64,000 bases of DNA, taken from the NCBI GenBank assembly GCA_964016885.1, contig CAXHJY010000589.1, positions 1 through 64,000 of the forward strand, in the 5' to 3' direction. Both the position numbers and the translations under genes were made by a program. The stretch is from Eledone cirrhosa. Taxonomy: Eukaryota. Positions 55,914 through 64,000 of the stretch are shown here, in pieces (positions within the stretch are counted from its first letter, which is position 1; the number at the start of each line of letters is the position of its first letter). The notes beneath the pieces were generated by a model that was given only the letters and a program-made list of their open reading frames with translations, searched no databases and was not told the DNA's origin.

Positions 55914-56556
55914 TCATCATCATCAACGTTTAACGTCCGTGTTCCACGCTTGCATGGGTTTGGACGGGCGTAGTCCCACTTGAGGCAAGAGTGATTGTCT
56001 TGCTCGTATAGGACTGTCTGGCAGGTTTTCTACAGCTGGATGCCCTTCCTAACACCAACCACATTTACAGTGTGGGGCTGGGAGGTTTTTACCGTGTTGC
56101 CTACACGGCCACATTACAGCGTGGACTGTGTGTTTTTTTGTCGTGACACCTACACGATCTCATTTGTTTCGGACTATGGCGTGGCACCAACATAACTTTA
56201 CATAGAACGGGGTGGTGTGGATGGGGTGGGGGTGGTGGTGGTGGGACGGGGTGTATTTTGTTAGAGATGCCTACTGGTTGGAGTAGGTTTTACTATATAT
56301 TTATGTAAGGCGGGTCTTCTCTGTTACTGAGTACCGCCAAAGGTCTCGGTCCAGTGACATTGTCTTGGAGAGGTGTAAGTGTGTGATGTCGGAGTTTATC
56401 AGCTCGTCCCAGGTTTTCCTATGTCTGCCTATTCCGTGACTACCGTCTATCTTTATTGCCCTGCACTTTGTTATACAGCTATCGACTTTCATGCGCATCA
56501 CGTGTCCATACCAACGTAGCCTTCTCTCGAGTAAACAACATCTGATCCCTCTTATC
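55914..56556 (-). mobile_element. RTE-clade LINE 3' end with a 3' region resembling the SINE B tail
   Basis: ERRLRWYGHVMRM…GRHRKTWDELI…DRDLWR…KTRLT*, then the AGGAAGGGCATCCAGC…(GAT)n tail. Confidence 0.8.
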
Positions 56557-56809
56557 TATATATATATATATATACGTATTGAGGTATATATATATATATA
56601 TATAACGAAGGAAATGTGGTAAGGAACCAGGTGGACCATAACGCACCAAAGTACTCAATACTTAGGGTAGTAGAGTGGGTAATAGGAACGAGTAGGACCT
56701 CGATGGCTGAGCCCAAGCCGTTTCGACCGGTTTCGGTCGAAACGGCTTGAGCTCAGCCGTCGGGGTGCTACTCGTTCCTATATATATATATATATATATA
56801 CACCTATTG

Positions 56810-56885
<76 letters not shown>

Positions 56886-56891
56886 CTATTG

Positions 56892-56932
<41 letters not shown>

Positions 56933-57614
56933 TTCTTTATTCTGTTGTCTGGCTATAGAAATTGTGATGTATTATTTTTCTTTCTTCTCTACTCAAATAA
57001 ATTGCAAACGCCCCATTCAAACAGATATTTTATATTACTTTCATTGTAAAGTGAGACAAAATATATCTATATATCTAAATGAATAAAAAAAAAAGAGTAA
57101 AGGGAAAGAAAGAAAAAGAAAAAAAAGAGAATGAAGCAATGACGTAAAGGGAGGGAGAGACAGACTTAATGTCAACATCTAAATGGTGATTCGACCTTGA
57201 CCCGTAGACAGAAAGGTGAAGGTATTTCCACAGAGAGTGACCAGTGAAATCCACTGCAACATCCATCCAGCCCTTAGGCGGGCTGCTGGTTTTCCGATTT
57301 TGCGGAGGAATTTAGGGATTGCAGGAAAGAAAGATAGCTTTCATGGAACATTATATGTTTCCCGATTAAAATTTTGTTCAGCAAATAAAAACAGAAGTAA
57401 ATTGATGGTTTGCGTCGACAAAAATACAAACAAAATCATATTTGCGAAATTCATCTATTTTTTTTTTCTTTTTGTTTGTTTAAATGAAATAAAGGTAGGA
57501 TCTCGTTGTTCGCTCTTTACAGATCGAAATATACAGTATTAACAGAGTTATCTCGAATATTGAGTTTGAAACACGAAAGTATTAGAATTCGTAGGTTAAT
57601 GGAAAAATTCAGCG

Positions 57615-57895
57615 CTGTTGTGCCCTTGGCAGTGGAGACTTCTGCTGTCCTTGGCCCTAGGGCTACCTCCCTACTCACCACCATGGGCGTTGAGCTGGCC
57701 AGCCGCAGGTGTGACCCACGCGAGCTGGAATGGCTCTTCCAGCGCATCTCCCTTACCATCCTCCGGGGAAACGCCTTCTCCATTCTATCCGCCGGGGCTG
57801 TGGGGAGGCCAGCACGTGGGACCCCATTTGCTCACCATACAGAGAGATGGGGAGGGCGAGAGAGATGGGGAGGGCAAGAGAGATGGTGGCAGTTC
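57615..57895 (+). mobile_element. CRE-clade LINE 3' fragment (RLE C-terminus)
   Basis: VPLAVETSAVLGPRATSLL…DPRELEWLFQRISLTILRGNAFSIL. Inverted copy at 58478-58654 (inside a hAT-like MITE 58338-58934) and a degenerate copy at 47965-48170. Confidence 0.75.
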
Positions 57896-59890
57896 GGCTC
57901 TTCCGTGTTCGGACCCATTGCACCTGTCAAGAGTGTATTTTCATATTTACACACACACTAGGGTTTATGTTGTATAAAAGGGTCTGAATACGCATGGAAG
58001 CTGTTAAAACACCGTCAATGACGACGTCGGGTAGAGTTTATCTCAAAGGATAGAAATCAGTGACTAGATGTGTATTGGCTCGGAGAAGTGATAGGAAGAA
58101 AGGAGAAAAGGAATAAAATAGACGAGAGGAGATCACGCAAACATTTAAACGCACTCATCAGCTTTTAGACCGCCTGTGGTTTCTTACATATTGCTAGTAG
58201 TGATGACTTTCTTACATACGTTTACCGATAAAGATAGTCTTGTTACATTTACTAGTCAAAACAATAACTTAAATTTAGAAGCAATCACGTACAAACACAT
58301 ATATACACATTGTGCAAGCCAGTGAATGAGCATCTATGCTGTGGTTCCCCAACCCCCTTTTTTTTTTACTCATGGCGCATTTTTGAAAAAGTAAAAATAT
58401 GCTGGTGCACTTTATATCATAAATTAAAAATTTATTGTGTTGTATCAGATGAAAGAATGGTATTTAACTAATATATTGGTACGTGATGGGGCCCACCCAC
58501 AGCCCCGGCAGGCAGAATGGAGAAGGCGTTTCCCCGGAGGACGGCAAGGGAGACACGCTGGAAAAGCCACTCCAACTCGCGGGGCTCACACCTGCGGCTG
58601 GCCAGCTCAGCGCCTATGGTGGTGAGTAAGGAGGTAGCCCTGGTGCCGAGGACATAAATTAAAAATTTTATTCAAAAGAGTTTTTCATATATTTTAGCAT
58701 AACAAAGTTGACAGATTGTGCTAGTTTCACAAATCTTGTTACTGAACTTTACTTGTTTGCCACTTTCACAGCTAGATATGAACTTTCATATAAATTTCAG
58801 TTTATATTTTCCACATCATTTAGTCTTTTGTGGCACATCTTGTTACACCTCGCAGCACATCAGTGCGTCGCGGCACATCAGTGCGTCGCGGCACATCTAG
58901 TTACATCTCGCGGCACACGGTTTGGGAATCACTGATCTATGCAGTCACTCAACTAATTTTGGTCCGAATAGTTCTAGACATGATAAATACCTGTGGGGAA
59001 CGTTTAATCACTTGGCTGATTACCTGTATAGCATAGGCCTATTTAACCAGAGTTGACCTCTGGATCTACGCAACAAAAACGATAAGGCCAGCAAATACCC
59101 AGTGCATTACTGGTACTTTATTTTATCGACCCCGTAAGGATGAAAGGCAAAGTCAACCTCGGCGGGATTTGAACTCAGATCGTAAAGGGACGTAACTATG
59201 CTGGAAAGCATGGCGTCCAACCCTCTACCGATACTGCCATTCGCTATACAATGTCATCAAGTACATTCACATCGATATACTTAGTCATATGTATACACTT
59301 CTCTTCTTTCTCTCTTTCCTAAACGCACACTGAGAAATTCATATGAATATTTGAGCTTTTCATCGTTGAACAAATTAATGGTATGTACAGAATGTTAAAA
59401 ACATGAATCACAGTATTCAAATGGAAGTTATTAAAAAACAGCAACAATAAACTTCATTTTGCAATTGAATGCCGCTAGTTTACCACTATTCATTTGATTA
59501 AGTATATCTAAATTCTATTTAGTTAGACTGAAAAGACTCAAAGGCGCTTTGTGGTATTTATTCCGCTCGAAATGAGCTTTTATCTATCTCGCCATTGGCA
59601 ATTCAGTGACTTATTCGTTTGTTTGAAAGTTAGAACTAGTAATGCTATCTATCTATATATATATATATATATATATATGAAAAGTATAGAAATTATTGTA
59701 GCAAGAAGCCAACAGTATTCCATAATATATAAGTGACTATAGCGTCAAAATGGGAAAATAGTTAACGTAAGATGTGGGGAAAATAATTCAAACTCATCTC
59801 AAAAAGAATCAGGATATAGATTTATCCAACAGAATTTAGTGAAATCCAGGGAAAAATCATAGAGCCTTAACTCATGATAAAATAAAGTTT

Positions 59891-59924
<34 letters not shown>

Positions 59925-59937
<13 letters not shown>

Positions 59938-60167
59938 GAAAATATTTGTCTGTGTCTGTCTGCAGTCCACAAATTCCATCCGATTTCGTTGAAATTTAAT
60001 TCATGGATTATTTAGCTCCTGGAGCATGTCAACATATAGTTTAAATCTTTCTCTCCTCTAAAATAGCAGAGTTCTGGGGCTATTTAAAGACGACCATGTT
60101 GAGCAGTGAGGGGTCGTTATTTACAGTGGCGAAGGGTGTTCCCGGCAACGATGGCCTCTTTTGCTAG
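59925..60167 (+). mobile_element. Short non-autonomous Helitron
   Basis: TA-rich start with (TGTC)n, and 3' CCCGGCAACGATGG…CTAG|T like the Helitron at 23976. Confidence 0.6.
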
Positions 60168-60170
60168 TGA

Positions 60171-61178
60171 TCAATATAAAATATGTATTGAGTTATAACT
60201 AGTAACACTATTATCAATATAAAATATATATTGAGTTATAACTAGTAACACTATTATTAATATAAAATATGTACTAAGTTATAACTAGTAACGCTATTAT
60301 CAATATAAAATATGTACTGAGTTATAACTAGTAACGCTATTATCAATATAAAATATGTACTAAGTTATAACTAGTAACACTATTATCAATATAAAATATG
60401 TACTGAGTTATAACTAGTAACGCGATTATCAATATAAAATATATATTGAGTTATAACTAGTAACACTATTATCAATATAAAATATATATTGAGTTATAAC
60501 TAGTAACGCTATTATCAATATAAAATATGTACTAAGTTATAACTAGTAACGCTATTATCAATATAAAATATGTACTAAGTTATAACTAGTAACGCTATTA
60601 TCAATATAAAATATGTATTGAGTTATAACTAGTAACACTATTATCAATATAAAATATATATTGAGTTATAACTAGTAACACTATTATCAATATAAAATAT
60701 ATATTGAGTTATAACTAGTAACGCTATTATCAATATAAAATATATATTGAGTTATAACTAGTAACACTATTATCAATATAAAATATATATTGAGTTATAA
60801 CTAGTAACGCTATTATCAATATAAAATATGTACTAAGTTATAACTAGTAACACTATTATCAATATAAAATATGTACTGAGTTATAACTAGTAACGCGATT
60901 ATCAATATAAAATATGTATTGAGTTATAACTAGTAACACTATTATCAATATAAAATATATATTGAGTTATAACTAGTAACACTATTATCAATATAAAATA
61001 TATATTGAGTTATAACTAGTAACACTATTATCAATATAAAATATGTACTAAGTTATAACTAGTAACACTATTATCAATATAAAATATGTACTGAGTTATA
61101 ACTAGTAACGCGATTATCAATATAAAATATGTACTAAGTTATAACTAGTAACACTATTATCAATATAAAATATGTATT
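60171..61178. repeat. 43-bp AT-rich minisatellite (~23 units)
   Basis: Unit TCAATATAAAATATRTAYTRAGTTATAACTAGTAACRCTATTA. Confidence 0.96.
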
Positions 61179-61995
61179 AGTCATATATACATTTATTTTT
61201 TAACCAACATACATAGACATACAAATAAGTACGAAGTTGCTTCGCATATAGAAAGACACTCGTTGCTAAATGTTTGTTGTTATTTTTATACCTCTATCGG
61301 TAGAGAGTCGGATGCCATGCTTTGCAGTAAAGAGTTTGCCTTTAAGATCTGAGTTCAAATCCCGCCAATGTTAACTTTGTTTTTCATCCTTACGGGGTCG
61401 ATAAAATAAAGTACCAGTAATGCACTGGGTAATTGCTGGCCTTGTTCCAAAAGTAGAAACAGTTATTTTTATACCTCTAAATATCTATAATAAGCCTCTC
61501 CAATAATTTGTTTCAATATATTTGTACTTTGGTTTGCTACACTGATTTTCTATTGACTAAATATAATGTAGAAATATATATAATTAAATATACTGTACAT
61601 AAAAAAATATTTGTACATAACTAGTAACGCTATTGTCAATATAAAATACATGACATAAAATAATAATTGTTTCTACTTTAGGCACAAGGCCAGCAATTAC
61701 CCAGTGCATTACTGGTACTTTATTTTATCGACCCCGTAAGGATGAAAGGCAAAGTCAACCTCGGTGGGATTTGAAATCAGACCCTGCCGAGGTTGATTTT
61801 GCCTTTCATCCTTACGGGGTCGATAAAATAAAGTACCAGTAATGCACTGGGTAATTGCTGGCCTTGTGCCTAAAATAGAAACAATAAAATAATAATGATA
61901 ATAAAAAATACATAAATAACAACTTGGCGCCTGTGTTAAAAAACATCTTAGCAAAACATGATTTCCTTTTTAATTGAAAGAAAATAAAAGTTTAC

Positions 61996-62108
61996 CTGAC
62001 TGTCCATTCCGAGTAAAATCAACATGAGAAAAAATAGGATGGACCAAAATGGAGCTGCTGGCATAGTAGCCACGGCTTGAGGGTAAGCAATAAATGCCAT
62101 CCCAGGAC
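61996..62108 (-). CDS. SLC6 transporter exon (EL4b-TM8 start): (G)[37 protein letters not shown]
   Basis: 113-bp exon, acceptor tttacaaccag|GT and donor CAG|gtaaac. Hallmark SLC6 motifs GPGxAFIAYP and LLGxDSQ. Confidence 0.96.
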
Positions 62109-62530
62109 CTGGTTGTAAACAAACATAAAATATAGTAATCTGTAAGTAAATTTTCATTAGGTGACATATTCATCAGAGTGGCAATAAATTTGGTTGGGAC
62201 AACAGAACAGATTTGATAGATTTCTATAATAAATTTGCTACTTCACAGTTTGGGCTTCAAATCTTGTACGAGTTAATCCTTTCGTTGTGGAAGTGCGTAA
62301 CCTAGTGGTAAGGACATTGGACCTAAGATCGTATTGTCGTAGGTTCGATTCCTGGGCTGAGTTGTGTGCTGTGTTCTTGAGCAAAACACTTTGTTTCATG
62401 TTGCTCCAGTATACTCAGCTGAAAATGAGTACCTGCAATAACTGGGAGTTTAACCCTGCGATGGACTGGTGTCCTGTCCAGGGGTGGGGGAGTTTTGTAC
62501 TCTCAGTCGCTTAACGCTACGGATACCGGT

Positions 62531-62956
62531 AACATTGAACCTGCCAAACAGTGAGTTGTCTCAAACTGTACTAAACTGAGCTGGTTGCTCAACATTGAAC
62601 CTGCCAAACAGTGAGTTGTCTCAAACTGTACTAAACTGAGCTGGTTGCTCAACATTGAACCTGCCAAACAGTGAGTTATCTCAAACTGTACTAAACTGAA
62701 CTGGTTGCTCAACATTGAACCTGCCAAACAGTGAGTTATCTCAAACTGTACTAAACTGAACTGGTTGCTCAACATTGAACCTCCCAAACAGTGAGTTGTC
62801 TCAAACTGTACTAAACTGAACTGGTTGCTCAACATTGAACCTGCCAAACAGTGAGTTGTCTCAAACTGTACTAAACTGAACTGGTTGCTCAACATTGAAC
62901 CTCCCAAACAGTGAGTTGTCTCAAACTGTACTAAACTGAACTGGTTTATCAACATT
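62531..62956. repeat. 60-bp tandem repeat x7
   Basis: AACATTGAACCTGCCAAACAGTGAGTTGTCTCAAACTGTACTAAACTGARCTGGTTGCTC. Confidence 0.95.
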
Positions 62957-64000
62957 TCATTTTCAAATACGACAATGGCTGCTGTTTGTTTTTCGTTTAT
63001 TTCAGTGATAAATTGTTGAATCAATTAACTGAAATCTCACATCTAAAGATATTGACTTCCTATCTGAGAAAGAAATCAATATGACTTGAATTGACTAGTT
63101 TGTTGTTTTTATTATCGTAATTATTTTATTGCTTCTCTTTTTATATAAATTACAGGTTTTATTGTAATAAATTCAAGTGTCTTTTGTGGTTCAGAAAACA
63201 GAAAAAAGGGAAAGGCAAGGGCTCTCAGGTCACAGAAGAATGGAATGGTTGGGTGCGGAGAACGTGGAATCTTAGATGAGGGATCTACTTCCTTCGAATT
63301 TTATTGTTTCTTAAAATAAATGTTGTCATTGTAATCCTTGTTAACATCATTATTATCAACAGGGCGGTGAATTGGCAGTATCGGTAGAGGGTCGGACACC
63401 ATGCTTTGCAGCACAGTTACGTCCTTTTACGGACTGAGTTCAAATCCCGCCGAGGTTAACTTTGCCTTTCATCCTTACGTGGTCTTATTTTTCGATCACT
63501 GAATGCATATTTTTTTGATCACCTGGTACATGGAAATGTTCTAGATTGTAAGATAGGGAAATGGATACATCTATGGTCGATAATATACTATAAGAAAGGA
63601 AACAGTCTATTTTCTATGGATATTTATCTAGTCTAGGGTAATTGTATATTTCTTTGATCGGTTCCAGATAAGTGTTAGAATTTTGGATGTATCTGAGCAT
63701 ATTTCCTTACTAGCCAAATTCTCAAGTTTTATTACATCAGTTTTAAAGATATTGGAACATTTTGCTCTTATACTCTCTCTGTCTGTGAAATAAATATGAA
63801 TTTCCTCTTCCTAGTTGAAGCCGTATATACATGAAAAATGTTGACATCGAAACGATGCTTGCTCAGTTTACCGGTTATTGAAAGTTACATCCGATAGAGC
63901 GTCAGACATGCTTTGCAGCAATGCTATGTCTTTTTACGTTCTGAGTTCAAATGTCTATGAGGTTTTCTTTCCCTTTCATCCTTACGAGGTCAGTAAAATA

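Noticed and set aside
62503-63024. 173-aa ORF with 20-aa repeats
   Set aside because: 60-bp tandem repeat inside an SLC6 intron, with no homology to the expected TM7 exon.
62109-64000. Search for the preceding SLC6 exon (TM7)
   Set aside because: No matching frame found; upstream exons must lie beyond the window.

Overview
AT-rich, repeat-saturated animal genomic DNA, most likely from an octopod cephalopod (inferred from the SINE/RTE repertoire and microsatellite load). The only host gene I can support is the 3' half (6 coding exons, minus strand, 62108->36426, all GT-AG, frame-continuous) of an SLC6 Na+/Cl- dependent transporter of the GABA/taurine/creatine group. Its 5' exons lie beyond the window end. 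The rest is (TA)n/(CA)n microsatellite, more than 15 minisatellite arrays (several visibly grown from TEs or copied locally), two abundant tRNA-derived SINE families, RTE/CRE/R4-Dong/Tx1 LINE 3' fragments, non-autonomous Helitrons, and piggyBac- and hAT-type MITEs. The most notable non-obvious signal is a dense set of short fold-back elements embedded in (TA)n tracts that carry type-I hammerhead ribozyme motifs. Six have full catalytic-core sequences (five CUGANGA, one U3-A8 variant) and several more are degenerate or half motifs. Most families have a different palindromic stem III, as expected for Penelope-like element pseudo-LTRs. Nearly all long ORFs in the track are repeat artefacts.
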